A DNA stretch of 64,000 nucleotides from Macrostomum hystrix (lineage: Eukaryota; Animalia; Platyhelminthes): positions 2,480,001 through 2,544,000 of the forward strand of contig CATNEN010000008.1 of NCBI GenBank assembly GCA_950097015.1, written 5' to 3'. The notes under the pieces were generated by a model that saw nothing but the letters and a program-made list of their open reading frames with translations, was not told the DNA's origin and searched no databases. Position 1 is the stretch's first letter. Each line of letters begins with the position of its first letter. Shown here one piece after another: positions 35,600 through 48,500 of this stretch. The translations under genes were made by a program, and so were the position numbers.

Positions 35600-38500
35600 T
35601 TACGGGAGATTCAACCTCACCCAGATTTTTTTTCTCGAACGTTAGATCCGCAATGTGCAGGTAGCCATTGTCGAACGCACCGAAGCTGAATGAGCAGTTT
35701 CTTCTGAGCAGCAGGTATCGCACCTGAAATCCAAATCTCTGTCACTGAGTCTCGAGCTGATCACTTGAGTCTGCTGCATGAACTCACCTCAGCCACGCAG
35801 TCCACTTGAAATTTCTCTCCCGCTGAGACGTTCGGCTTGTTCGCAGTGGTGCCGCAGAGGCTCCAGCTGCTCCGGTGCTGCTCAAACTGCGTGCTGATGT
35901 TTGCTGAGAAGCAGTGGTCTCCAGAGAGCAGCTGCTGGCTTGAGCTCGATGTCCAAATCTCGATGCCCGCTGACCTGCCGTACGTTGTCCAGTCATTATC
36001 TTGAATTGCATAGCAACACGAAAGACAATAGACGAGATTCTGTCTGTTTGCCAGTTTGAAGTCAAGAATATCCGCGTCAGCGGTCAGCATTCATAAATAC
36101 ACTCAAATACATATACTTAAAGTCTTGAGGGCTTGTTGCCTAGTGGTCTTGTGGTTAGAGCGTCAAACACACCACTTGAAGGTTGGTGGTTCGATTCCAG
36201 ACTCCACTGGAACAATTTGAGTCCCTCGGCAAGACACTAAACTCTGCATTGCTTCAGTTCACCCAGCTGTTTAAATGGGTACCAGCATCAGCTGGGGTAA
36301 TTGAGGGGTGGGTGTGGCGTCCCCCAGTCCATGGACTGAACAGCCGTACGCAGCCTTCAGATGCGCCGCGCAATAGCTGCGGCTGTGCTGTCGGCTGCAC
36401 ATCTGGTCCGATTGGAGCAGGTGAAATAAATTATAGTTTTTTACTACAATATTTTGTCTATGGGTTTTATGGTTTGCATACATACTGAGCAGTATCAGCT
36501 ACTCACTATATCTACCCCTCACAGTGACCGATCTGATAATCACCGGCTCCTTCAGCAGCACTGCAAACCAATGGTATCCGCCCACCGCGTACTGGCTGTA
36601 ATTGCTGTGGATGAACAAGTTCCACATCGAGTTGCTCTCCTTCGCCTCCATAGCGGGGCTCCTGAGGTGAAAGCATGTCTGGCCGTAGCCGTGAGACGAC
36701 TGCCAGGCGCCGGTCACTGCGCTGTTCCGGATCGGCACTTCGCCTGCGAGAAAGAAAGCTAGTGTTTGGGACTCGCGACTTAAAGGTCGGGGTCGACAAC
36801 TTCCATAATTACAAAACATCGGCGTCGTCGAGAAGTCGTCGTCGGCGACGGCGGCGTCCTCGAAAATCGGTCATTCGGTTTAGGAGCTATCGGGAAGTAG
36901 GCAGCGGGTATTTCCCAAGGGGAAATAGCGTCGGCTTTCTACTGTTAAGATTAAATTATTATTAATCTTACTATAGCATTTTGCAAGCTATTGCACACTA
37001 CGAGCAAGCTATTTAATCCCAGAGAGCAAAAACACACGCATTTCGAGCCTCGATGCTAGCTGTCTATGGTAAAAAGTGTGTCAAACCGGCAGGCAATTTA
37101 ATCCATCGAGCACTCATTTAAGCACTGAAGCCCACAAACAGCGCTGTCTATGACGTTCCTCTCTCCGTTTTTCATCATGTCAGACGAAAGTGACCAAGCC
37201 AGCACCATTTTTGAAGACATCGACGGAATCGCTGCCGAAGATGACGGAGCGCCACCTGTGCAATACACAAAGATTAGCGACGAAAAGCAAAAATTGATCA
37301 TCGACGCTATCGACAGAGGCGATAACAACAGAAGCATTGCGCGCTGGCTAAATGTAAAGGCCAAGACCGTTGCTAGCATTCGAAGACGGTACGAAATTAC
37401 TGGCCGCAGTGAACGGCTGCGACGTGGCGGTGACCATTCGTCGAAGATGGCATTGGAACATGTCCAGGCGCTGCTGATTGCACTGGACCAGAATCCTCTC
37501 TTGACTTTGAAAGAGATGCAGCGTATTTTACTGGATCAGTTTCCTGGAGTGCAAGTGAGTGAAGCAACCGTGAGTCATTCTCTGGACAAGCAGCTGATTA
37601 CGTCAAAGTGCCTCGGTCGCGATGCTGATGTCCCGGAAGCAAGAAACAATCCAGCCAACATAGCACGCAGGCTAGAATTCGCACAGTGGTTAACAGGCCT
37701 ACCGATAGATTGCCAGCTGGTGTATGTGGACGAAACGGGATTCAAAATTTGGACCCGTCGGTCGTTTGGACGCAGCAGACGAGGTCAGCGAGTTCGCCGA
37801 GTTCTACACACACAGCGAGGTGCGCAAGTAAATGTAATTCAAGCTACTTCTTCTGACATAGGCCTGGTCAATCATAAAAACCACAACAATGGAATCATCG
37901 ATGGGCAGTGGTACATCGTGTTTGATGGAGCCCGGTTCCACAATACGGCCAGAATTCCGGCCCATGCAGTTCGCGGAAAACTGGCACATCGTGGTTTTGC
38001 CTCCCTATTCACCATTCTTGAATCCTGTAGAATGCGCGCATTCTTGCCTGAAGGCAGCCATCAAAGAGGGAGTTGGCCCGACCAGCTGTACAACTGGAAC
38101 TCGACACTCCGCCTCCGGAAACCACGCTACGTGACTGGCTGCAGAGACTTTCCGAGGAAGCGACGGCAGAGATCACACTTGTGAAGTGCGGCGGCTGGTT
38201 CAGGCAGATGCTGCACTATGTTCCGCGCTGCATCGCTGGGGAGGTGATTATGTAACTTTCTGAAGACTGAACTTATGTAAAAACCTTTCTGTGTGTTTCT
38301 TTCTATGCTGCAAGGTTTCGTTAAGTGAATTTGTTAACTTCTACTGTATGTTGTTCTTATTTAATCACATGGAGCTTCCAGGGCTGATTCGGTTGGAGGC
38401 ATGCATCAAATAAATTGAAATGCTGAGCGCGATAGTGCTTAAATGAGTGCTCGATGGATTAAATTGCCTGCCGGTTTGACACACTTTTTACCATAGACAG

Positions 38501-38734
38501 CTAGCATCGAGGCTCGAAATGCGTGTTTTTGCTCTCTGGGATTAAATTGCTTGCAAAATGCTATATTTTCTTGCTAACCAATAGCCATCTATTGACCTTT
38601 AAGGTGAGCCATAAGTCACTTGCACAAAAACTGAAGCCTCAATGGCCTGGAATCAGTAAATACTCACAGTCACACAGACAGATGCTAATACCCAGCCAGG
38701 CAACCAGTAGTGTGCTCAGCGCTGCAGACCTCAT
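34074..38734 (-). CDS. Type I membrane receptor: signal peptide, F5/8C (discoidin)-like domain, Ig-like domains, TM, Tyr-motif tail (496 aa model)
   Basis: Nine GT-AG exons with consistent phases: 38734-38668 (MRSAALSTLLVAWLGISICLCD), 36743-36507 (WFAVLLKEPVIIRSVTVRGR), 35999-35788, 35723-35621, 35471-35238 (SGNYSC Ig motif), 35127-34970 (VL|YPP linker), 34892-34614 (TM IAVAAFLSGLLAATVLLSLALLVLC), 34559-34467, 34181-34074. Total 1491 nt. Confidence 0.8.
35505..35599. repeat. (TAT)n/(TAG)n trinucleotide microsatellite
   Basis: Intronic run between exons 4 and 5 of the Ig receptor model. Confidence 0.9.
36125..36432 (+). mobile_element. tRNA-derived CORE-type SINE
   Basis: A-box-like TGGTCTTGTGG (36144-54) and B box GGTTCGATTCC (36188-98). 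TGAGTCCCTCGGCAAGACACTAAACTCTGCATTGCTTCAGTTCACCCAGCTGTTTAAATGGG aligns by eye with the MIR CORE domain. Ends are approximate. Confidence 0.7.
36974..38563 (+). mobile_element. IS630-Tc1-mariner DNA transposon with long TIRs, flanked by TA
   Basis: Inverted repeats at about 36974-37127 and 38434-38563 (the left has a 21-bp extra segment), with TA on both sides. Lies in intron 1 of the Ig receptor gene. Confidence 0.9.
37150..38134 (+). pseudogene. DDE transposase, frameshifted and probably internally deleted
   Basis: HTH region, then LVYVDETG (D1) and YIVFDGARFH (D2) in ORF 37150. LPPYSPFLNPVE (E) lies in a different frame (ORF 37889..38134). D2-E spacing is about 34-35 if repaired; D1-D2 is only about 64 aa. 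Confidence 0.85.
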
Positions 38735-39109
38735 GACGATTCCAGATATAATCAGTTAGTAAAACTGCTCACAAAGTCGGAATAAAGTCACGCCGCTGTT
38801 CACGAGTCTAAGAAATCTTTCCTGCTGAACACTCACAAATACTAGAACAGGATGGCTTAATAGAGGCATTGAACAAGTTTTCAATGTAAGCCACAAAAAC
38901 TGACAAACATTACCGGTTTAAAAACCGGAATATCAAAACTTATCGAATCATAACAAAGCATTCCTTAATTTGGCATTCACTTCAGTCTATATTCAAACCA
39001 AAGCCGAATTTCTGCAAACATTGGCATTGTTTATCCGGTCGAAAATAAACTGAAGGAATGCTATTAGGAGTCAACAGTCACAATCAGACAACAGATAGGG
39101 CTAGGCAGC

Positions 39110-41592
39110 AGATTGTCACAGATAGTACTCGTAAGTTGTCACAGACCATCAGTTGCCACAGATAGTAAGTTGTCACAGACCATCAGTTGTCACAGATAGT
39201 AAGTTGTCACAGACCATCAGTTGTCACAGATAGTAAGTTGCCACAGACAGTCAGTTGCCACAGACAGTCAGTTGTCACAGATAGTAAGTTGTCACAGACA
39301 ATCAGTTGTCACAGATAGTAAGTTGTCACAGACAATCAGTTGTCACAGATAGTAAGTTGTCACAGACCATCAGTTGTCACAGATAGTAAGTTGTCACAGA
39401 CAATCAGTTGTCACAGATAGTAAGTTGCCACAGACCATCAGTTGTCACAGATAGTAAGTTGCCACAGACCATCAGTTGTCACAGATAGTAAGTTGCCACA
39501 GACAGTCAGTTGTCACAGATAGTAAGTTGCCACAGACAATCAGTTGTCACAGATAGTAAGTTGCCACAGACCATCAGTTGTCACAGATAGTAAGTTGTCA
39601 CAGACAATCAGTTGTCACAGATAGTAAGTTGCCACAGACAGTCAGTTGTCACAGATAGTAAGTTGCCACAGACCATCAGTTGTCACAGATAGTAAGTTGT
39701 CACAGACAATCAGTTGTCACAGATAGTAAGTTGCCACAGACAGTCAGTTGTCACAGATAGTAAGTTGCCACAGACAGTCAGTTGTCACAGATAGTAAGTT
39801 GCCACAGACAGGCAGTTGTCACAGATAGTAAGTTGTCACAGACAATCAGTTGCCACAGACAGGCAGTTGTCACAGATAGTAAGTTGTCACAGACAATCAG
39901 TTGTCACAGACAGTCAGTTGTCACAGATAGTAAGTTGCCACAGACAGTCAGTTGTCACAGGCAGACAGTCATTTGTCCCAGAAAGACAGTCAGTTGTCAC
40001 AGATAGTAAGTTGTCACAGACAATCACTTGTCACAGACAGTCAGTTGTCACATATAGTAAGTTGCCACAGACAGTCAGTTGTCACAGATAGTAAGTTGCC
40101 ACAGACAGTCAGTTGTCACAGATAGTAAGTTGTCACAGACAGTCAGTTGTCACATATAGTAAGTTGCCACAGACAGTCAGTTGTCACAGATAGTAAGTTG
40201 TCACAGACAATCAGTTGTCACAGATAGTAAGTTGTCACAGACAATCAGTTGTCACAGATAGTAAGTTGTCACAGACAATCAGTTGTCACAGATAGTAAGT
40301 TGCCACAGACAGTCAGTTGTCACAGATAGTAAGTTGTCACAGACAATCAGTTGTCACAGATAGTAAGTTGTCACAGACAATCAGTTGTCACAGATAGTAA
40401 GTTGTCACAGACAATCAGTTGTCACAGATAGTAAGTTGTCACAGACAATCAGTTGTCACAGATAGTAAGTTGCCACAGACAGTCAGTTGTCACAGATAGT
40501 AAGTTGTCACAGACAATCAGTTGTCACAGATAGTAATTGTTGTCACAGACAATCAGTTGTCACAGATAGTAAGTTGTCACAGACAATCAGTTGTCACAGA
40601 TAGTAAGTTGTCACAGACAATCAGTTGTCACAGATAGTAAGTTGCCACAGACAGTCAGTTGTCACAGATAGTAAGTTGTCACAGACAATCAGTTGTCACA
40701 GATAGTAAGTTGCCACAGACAGTCAGTTGTCACAGATAGTAAGTTGCCACAGACCATCAGTTGTCACAGATAGTAAGTTGTCACAGACAATCAGTTGTCA
40801 CAGATAGTAAGTTGCCACAGACAGTCAGTTGTCACAGATAGTAAGTTGCCACAGACAGTCAGTTGTCACAGATAGTAAGTTGCCACAGACCATCAGTTGT
40901 CACAGATAGTAAGTTGTCACAGACAATCAGTTGTCACAGATAGTAAGTTGCCACAGACAGTCAGTTGTCACAGATAGTAAGTTTGCCACAGACAGTCAGT
41001 TGTCACAGATAGTAAGTTGTCACAGACAATCAGTTGTCACAGATAGTAAGTTGCCACAGACAGTCAGTTGTCACAGATAGTAAGTTGCCACAGACCATCA
41101 GTTGTCACAGATAGTAAGTTGTCACAGACAATCAGTTGTCACAGATAGTAAGTTGCCACAGACAGTCAGTTGTCACAGATAGTAAGTTGCCACAGACCAT
41201 CAGTTGTCACAGATAGTAAGTTGCCACAGACAGTCAGTTGTCACAGATAGTAAGTTGCCACAGACAGTCAGTTGTCACAGATAGTAAGTTGCCACAGACC
41301 ATCAGTTGTCACAGATAGTAAGTTGCCACAGACCATCAGTTGTCACAGATAGTAAGTTGCCACAGACCATCAGTTGTCACAGATAGTAAGTTGCCACAGA
41401 CAGTCAGTTGTCACAGATAGTAAGTTGCCACAGACAATCAGTTGTCACAGATAGTAAGTTGCCACAGACAGTCAGTTGTCACATAGTAAATTGTCACAGA
41501 CAGTCAGTTGTCACAGATAGTAAGTTGCCACAGACAGTCAGTTGTCACAGGCAGACAGTCATTTGTCCCAGAAAGACAGTCAGTTGTCACAG
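39110..41592. repeat. 34-bp satellite built from two related 16/18-bp halves (cagttgtcacagatagtaagttgtcacagacaat)
   Basis: About 2.5 kb of tandem units sharing the AGTTG[T/C]CACAGA core. Confidence 0.95.
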
Positions 41593-42029
41593 ATCTGTCC
41601 CAGTATGCTTGTCGCAAAAAATAACAAAGACCAAGCTGAGAAGACAAACAGAATCTCAGTCATTGTTTGCACCCGGTTCCACGCGACGCTCAATTTAATG
41701 AGCATGGATGAGCAGAAACAATTAACAGGATTACTTGAAGCTGATGAAGCTGATCATCTTTGTTTTGTATTCTGACAATCGTGCAGAAGCTGGGCGCAAA
41801 CAGACAATATTTGAAATAATTTTGACGGTAAACAAGCACTGCGAGCATGCCAAAGAATTGTAAGGTCTCGCCATTTGGGGATGAAAATCGAACAAGAGGG
41901 ACACCTGGGTTGGCCAGGCAAAGCTCAGTACCCAAACGGGTAATTGTGGTGCGTAGCAACAACAATATTCTCAAACAAGGAAACAAGTAGGAAAAGAAGG
42001 ATAAGAGATAGTATGAACATATAGCGTTT

Positions 42030-42650
42030 TGAAGTAGTATGAGAAGGATTGAGAAGTATGAGTAAGATTGAGTAATAGGAGTAGGATTGACTAGTATGAG
42101 TAGGATTGAGTAGTATCAGTAGGATTGAGTAGTATGAGAAGGATTGAGTAGTATGAGAAGGATTGAGTAGTATGAGAAGGATTGAGAAGTATGAGTAGGA
42201 TTGAGTAGTATGAGCAGGATTGAGTAGTAGGAGTAGGATTGAATAGTATGAGTAGGATTGAGTAGATCAGTAGGATTGAGTAGTATGAGAAGGATTGAGT
42301 AGTATGAGAAGGATTGAGAAGTATGAGTAAGATTGAGTAATAGGAGTAGGATTGAGTAGTATGAGTAGGATTGAGTAGTATCAGTAGGATTGAGTAGTAT
42401 GAGAAAGATTGGGTAGTATGAGTAGGATTGAGTAGTATGAGAAAGATTGGGTAGTATGAGTAGGATTGAGTAGTATGAGAAAGATTGGGTAGAATGAGTA
42501 GGATTGAGTAGTATGAGCAGGATTGAGTAGTAGGAGTAGGATTGAATAGTATGAGTAGGATTGAGTAGATCAGTAGGATTGAGTAGTATGAGAAGGATTG
42601 AGTAGTATGAGAAGGATTGAGAAGTATGAGTAAGATTGAGTAGTGTGAGG
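42030..42650. repeat. ~19-bp minisatellite (agtaggattgagtagtatg)
   Basis: Degenerate tandem units with longer-period re-duplication. Confidence 0.9.
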
Positions 42651-43404
42651 ATTCATTGTTGCTAATACGCTCGCGGAGCAGCAGTCTCAGTGAGAGCAGC
42701 ACTGCAAGATTCAGCATTTTGAGCACATGGTGGTAGTTACGCAGTGCACCTTATGTACAGGTATGTATTAATAATTATATTAAGGTGATTATAGTGGGTT
42801 ACAAAGCGTGTGAAACAGCGGACAACAAACATAACAGACATAACGAGCATAGTAAATAGAGCTCACCCTGGACTAATTCATTCCGGGTGCTATGTTTAGA
42901 GGTCCTTAGACAAACAGTTTGAGGGATATTGGGATTTTTTAGACAACAAACTGCATAGCACCGGCGTACAAGCGATAGTGGGCAAAGTAAGAGGGCACAG
43001 TTTAACAAGACATTCCACAGTAATTATATTTTTGCAAATATATCTAAGATATGCAAGTAAATTAACTCTTCAGATGCAAGCCTTTCAGCTTTCTCAGCAT
43101 GTAGGCAAGTATTTTCATAGTGGAATCATGCGAATACAGGGCAGGCGAATAAAACTGACACACAGAGGTTAAGAGCAGCAAGGAGAAACATGGCAAAGGG
43201 GAAAGAGTAAGAAAGATGATTCCGGCGTGGCACGAGGCAAGCAAAAATTACAAAAAAACAGAAGAGAAAATAAGTATATTCAACACTTAAGCTTGTCTTG
43301 GCATCTAAGATTCTAAAGGCGTTTCTTAAGGCCTTTCAAATCTGGCAAAAGCGGATCGGTAAGTAGCTCTGGACAGGCGAGGGCAAGGGCAGGCTGAACT
43401 GTTG

Positions 43405-44290
43405 ACAGAGTGACAGGATAGCAGAAAGAGTGAACAGACGGAGTGACAGGATAGCAGAAAGAGTGAACAGACGGAGTGACAGGATAGCAGAAAGAGTGAA
43501 CAGACGGAGTGACAGGATAGCAGAAAGAGTGAACAGACAGAGTGACAGGATAGCAGAAAGAGTGAACAGACGGAGTGACAGGATAGCAGAAAGAGTGAAC
43601 AGACAGAGTGACAGGATAGCAGAAAGAGTGAACAGACGGAGTGACAGGATAGCAGAAAGAGTGAACAGACGGAGTGACAGGATAGCAGAAAGAGTGAACA
43701 GACGGAGTGACAGGATAGCAGAAAGAGTGAACAGACAGAGTGACAGGATAGCAGAAAGAGTGAACAGACGGAGTGACAGGATAGCAGAAAGAGTGAACAG
43801 ACGGAGTGACAGGATAGCAGAAAGAGTGAACAGACAGAGTGACAGGATAGCAGAAAGAGTGAACAGACAGAGTGACAGGATAGCAGAAAGAGTGAACAGA
43901 CAGAGTGACAGGATAGCAGAAAGAGTGAACAGACGGAGTGACAGGATAGCAGAAAGAGTGAACAGACAGAGTGACAGGATAGCAGAAAGAGTGAACAGAC
44001 GGAGTGACAGGATAGCAGAAAGAGTGAACAGACGGAGTGACAGGATAGCAGAAAGAGTGAACAGACAGAGTGACAGGATAGCAGAAAGAGTGAACAGACA
44101 GAGTGACAGGATAGCAGAAAGAGTGAACAGACAGAGTGACAGGATAGCAGAAAGAGTGAACAGACGGAGTGACAGGATAGCAGAAAGAGTGAACAGATAG
44201 AGTGACAGGATAGCAGAAAGAGTGAACAGACAGAGTGACAGGATAGCAGAAAGAGTGAACAGACGGAGTGACAGAGTGACAGGATAGCTG
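43405..44290. repeat. 33-bp minisatellite (gagtgacaggatagcagaaagagtgaacagac[g/a])
   Basis: Near-perfect units; yields the pseudo-ORFs NRRSDRIAERV and CHSVCSLFLLS. Confidence 0.95.
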
Positions 44291-45597
44291 AGTTATAGAG
44301 TGACATTGTCAGAAAGACCCAGTGACAGAGATGATGGCGTGAAGATAAGACAAGAGTGACAGAGGGACGCAGTTCACACAGACAGGCGGTACACAATAGC
44401 GGTGTATGCAGCAATTATAAGGTGAATACGCACACGGGTACACAAGTACCCAGCATACGGAAGTGAAATTATTAACAAAGTTCAATTGAGTGAACGATAA
44501 ATCAATGAATAAATCAATAAACGAATTGTAACCAAGCGAAGGCCTGAAACAGGATACTTTAGTACGGGAATTCACTGGGAGAGTGGCCAATGCTAGACTA
44601 TAAAAAAGGGAAAAATATTAATTCTTAAAAAGCAACACTGCTACAAATACCGATGCAAAAGCAAAGCACAGTTTTTTTCGATTTTCGCTTCTCGCTTTTT
44701 TGGCAGCTGGGGCATAAGGACTGCAACATATTTGTTAGAATATTTTGGGCACGGTAGCTTAGCAACCAGAATGCAAAGGAAAACAGGGCGGCTGTTTTAG
44801 AGAGACAGCACGACAGCAATGTGGCACACAGCAGCATTACATGACTGCAGAATTGTAAGTTCGCATTGACAGAAATGTACAATTCCAAGCTGTTTTTAGT
44901 GATGTACATTTGTTTACTATGAATATGTGCACAACAGTGTGTACAGTACAATTATGTACGTTAGGCGAATGTACATAAAAATGTACACCACTTCAATGTA
45001 CGCATAAATGTACATATGATTAATGTACATCCAAACGTACAAAATATCCATCAAAATTATAGTATTTTTTGTTATTTTGTAAAGTGAATTGTACACTATC
45101 TTTTGAAAGTCAAAATCGTACAAAACAACAACTGGCACAAGTAGGATGTTCATTTTGGTGACTGTACATCCCGAGTGCATGTACAACAAATGCACACACA
45201 AAGTCCATGTACATATGAAATATATGTACACAAAAACGCGTGTACACACACGAAAAACTGAGAGAAAAAACACGGGACAGCGGACAAACGCCAACTGATC
45301 AAGACCAGGGTAGGCTGCTGAACAGAAAAGCTCAGGAGCAAGCTCAGCAGGTTCAGGGGAAGACGGGGCACAAGATGGGACTGAGCCGACTGGCGTGAGA
45401 GAGATACGCGAAAAGAAGAGAAATAAAAGAATAAAACAAATAGACAAACAAAAATAGGCCAGATGTAAAAATTCGCATGTGAGCAAAGCATTTCTTGTTG
45501 AAAGAGAACTCACAAAAACAAACTGCTCACTGTATGCTCACGCTAAGCATGATTTCCGTTTTGTCGACTTGCTCGCGTCGAAATTCGAATTAGAAAA

Positions 45598-48500
45598 TCA
45601 GTTTGGATGGCTGGACGCGGACAGGTAGGTGTGGGCGCCTCGCTGCTGAGCTACGCCGCTAGGCAGGTAGCCAGCTCCGCGACCAGCTCCGCCAGCGATT
45701 GGATAATTGGGAACAGCTGCGAACTGCTGCTGCTGCTGCTGAGGAGCAAAGTACTGCGGCTGTCTAGCTCGATTATTGCGCTGCTGCTGCGTCTGCTGGG
45801 GTTGCGGCTGCAGCTGCTGCTGAGGATATCCGACAGGTTGAGGCGTAGCGGTCTGATGCGGCTGAGCAGGTGGTGGCATAGGCACAACCATTGGCTGCAG
45901 GGCGTAGGGCGAATGCGTATAATACTGCACAGCCGGAGCGGGGGCGTAAAAAGCGGCCTGCTGCTGCTGCAGTGCCTGCTGCTGCTGATGATAGTCGGTG
46001 GGCGTGTACCAAGCGGCGGGCGGAGCGTGGGGCATAGCCATTATTGGCGCAGCAGCTGCAGCTGCGGCAGCGTATTGAGCAGCCATGGCGGCCGCAGCTG
46101 CTGCCGCATTGGGATTGTGGACAGCCACCTGCTGCTGCTGCTGATGAGACTGTTGCTGGTGCTGCGGAGGCGGTGGGGCCGGCAGCGGTTGTGGCGCCTG
46201 AGCAGACACGTACTGTTGATGCTGATGCTGGTTATGCTGATGATGATGGAACGATGGCAGTGGCGGGTGCTGCATATGCGCCATCTGGGTGTGCTGGAAC
46301 CTGGCAATGCGTCTCTCGTCGCGCTTCTGCCTGGCCCGATCGGACAGTGGCCTGGCCATGCTGACGGACAACTGGCTGCCGGCCAGCTCCAGGCCGTTCA
46401 TCGATTCCGCAGCCTTCAATGCGTCCTCGCGTTTGCTAAAGTGCACGAAAGCGTAATCGCCGGGCACTAGGCGAATACGGTATGGCTTAGCAACGCGCTG
46501 TTGGAAGGCTTCGCTCAGTTGATCCTCGGTGAGGCTGGGAGAAACGCCGCGTATGTAGACGGCGCGCACCTGTTTAGAATTTAATTTATTAAATTTAACG
46601 AGTCCTACTACTGCTAGTAGAATAATAATATGAGAGAACAGCAGTTCAGGAGAAAACAAACTAAATCAGCCCACCGATTCCATGGCAACGGAGTCCGGCT
46701 CCTCTATGGGATCAGCCCAGTCGACCCAGACGTCCTGTTCGGTTGGCCAAACTCTCGGCTGGCGTTGCAGCCTACGGCGAGCGGCACTGGCGGCGCTGTG
46801 CTTGCTGAATTCGACGAAGCAGAAGCCGCGGTTACGCCGCTTCGAGTCTGTATTTTGCGGCTGGCCGTAGGTGAAGCCCGGCGCCGTGACGATAACGTCC
46901 ACAACGCCATCCAGATGGTTTTGAAAGTCGGTTAAAAGCTGCTCTCGAGTCTTTGTCTTAGGCACGTTGCCAACGAATAGGCGGAGGTTAGGCGTGGTGA
47001 TGTTCACCTGGCAGGGCATCGTTGGGTAGTCACGAATTTAACGAATTGAATGGGTGAATAGTAGAGTGATGGATTGGGTGAATGGTAGAGTGATGGACTG
47101 GGTGAATTGTAAAGTGATGGGCTGGGTGAATGGTAGAGTGATGGACTGGGTGAATTGTAGAGTGATGGGCTGGGTGAATGGTAGAGTGATGGACTGGGTG
47201 AATTGTAGAGTGATGGACTGGGTGAATGGTAGAGTGATGGAATGGGTGAATGGTAGTGTGATGGGCTGGTTGAATTATAGAGTGATGGACTGGGTGAATG
47301 GTAGAGTGATGGAATGGGTGAATGGTAGAGTGATGGACTGGGTGAATTGTAGAGTGATGGACTGGGTGAATGGTAGAGTGATGGAATGGGTGAATGGTAG
47401 TGTGATGGGCTGGTTGAATTATAGAGTGATGGACTGGGTGAATGGTAGAGTGATGGAATGGGTGAATGGTAGAGTGATGGACTGGGTGAATTGTAGAGTG
47501 ATGGACTGGGTGAATGGTAGAGTGATGGAATGGGTGAATGGTAGAGTGATGGAATGGGTGAATGGTAGTGATGGGCTGGGTGAATTGTAGAGTGATGGAC
47601 TGGGTGAATGGTAGAGTGATGGATTGGGTGAATCGTAGAGTGATGGACTGGGTGAATTGTAGAGTGATGGACTGGGTGAATGGTAGAGTGATGGGCTGGG
47701 TGAATGGTAGAGTGATGGACTGGGTGAATGGTAGAGTGATGGACTGGGTGAATGGTAGAGTGATGGGCTGGATAAGGGTGAAGTGAGGGGCTAGGTGAAG
47801 TATGGGGTACTGGATGCTCCAAATCTGAGGATCTGGGAGGATGAGGTTGCTGCCAACCTGCAGGTGCCTATTAGTAGCAGCCTCATAGCCATTGAATTTC
47901 TCGACGGCCGCCTCGGCGCTGGCCTTGTCAACGTAGCAGACGAAGCCGAAGCCGCGACTGCAGCCGGTGCCGGGGTCGACCATGACGCGAACGTCGCGAA
48001 TCTCGCCAACATCGGAGAACAATTCGTACAGCGAGTCTTCGTACATGTCGCGCGGCAGGTGCCCGACAAAGACTTCTCGGCCGGTGGGATCCGAAGCAGC
48101 CTGCGGTGCATACCAGTTTTAATTAAAGCCTCAATATGCCAGTCAGGATGCCAGGCTAATGCTGATGAATCTCACCTGTTCTCCATTAGCAGCCGGTCCT
48201 ATTCTGCGCTGCCCAACGGTGATAAAAGACTCTAAGCCGGTGCGCTCTAGCAGGGCCTTCAATGCACTATTACACCGGTGTCCCGCGTTGCCAACGCCAT
48301 TGGCGGTCGGCTTAGCGGCGTCGCCATCGCCGGCAACGTTCACAGTTGGGGCCACGGCATGATTTTCAACCTTGGTTTTCTCGGGAAGTTCCGCTTTCAA
48401 AGACTCGCCACAATTTTCAGCAACAGCAGCAGCCGTGTCGCGGACATTATCTGTGTCATTCTTTTTCACCAAAGCCTGTTCGCCATTGTTGCCATTGTGG

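Noticed and set aside
39110-41592. CRISPR-like appearance of regularly spaced short repeats (also 20750-21815)
   Set aside because: No unique spacers, no cas genes and a eukaryotic context; these are plain tandem repeats.
41580-43244. Possible small exons or signal-peptide-like ORFs (41690..41986, 42091..42726)
   Set aside because: No phase-consistent splice chain or recognisable domain could be built.
43326-44414. 362-aa and 256-aa ORFs with 11-aa repeats
   Set aside because: A 33-bp unit is open on both strands by arithmetic; no start, splice or domain evidence.
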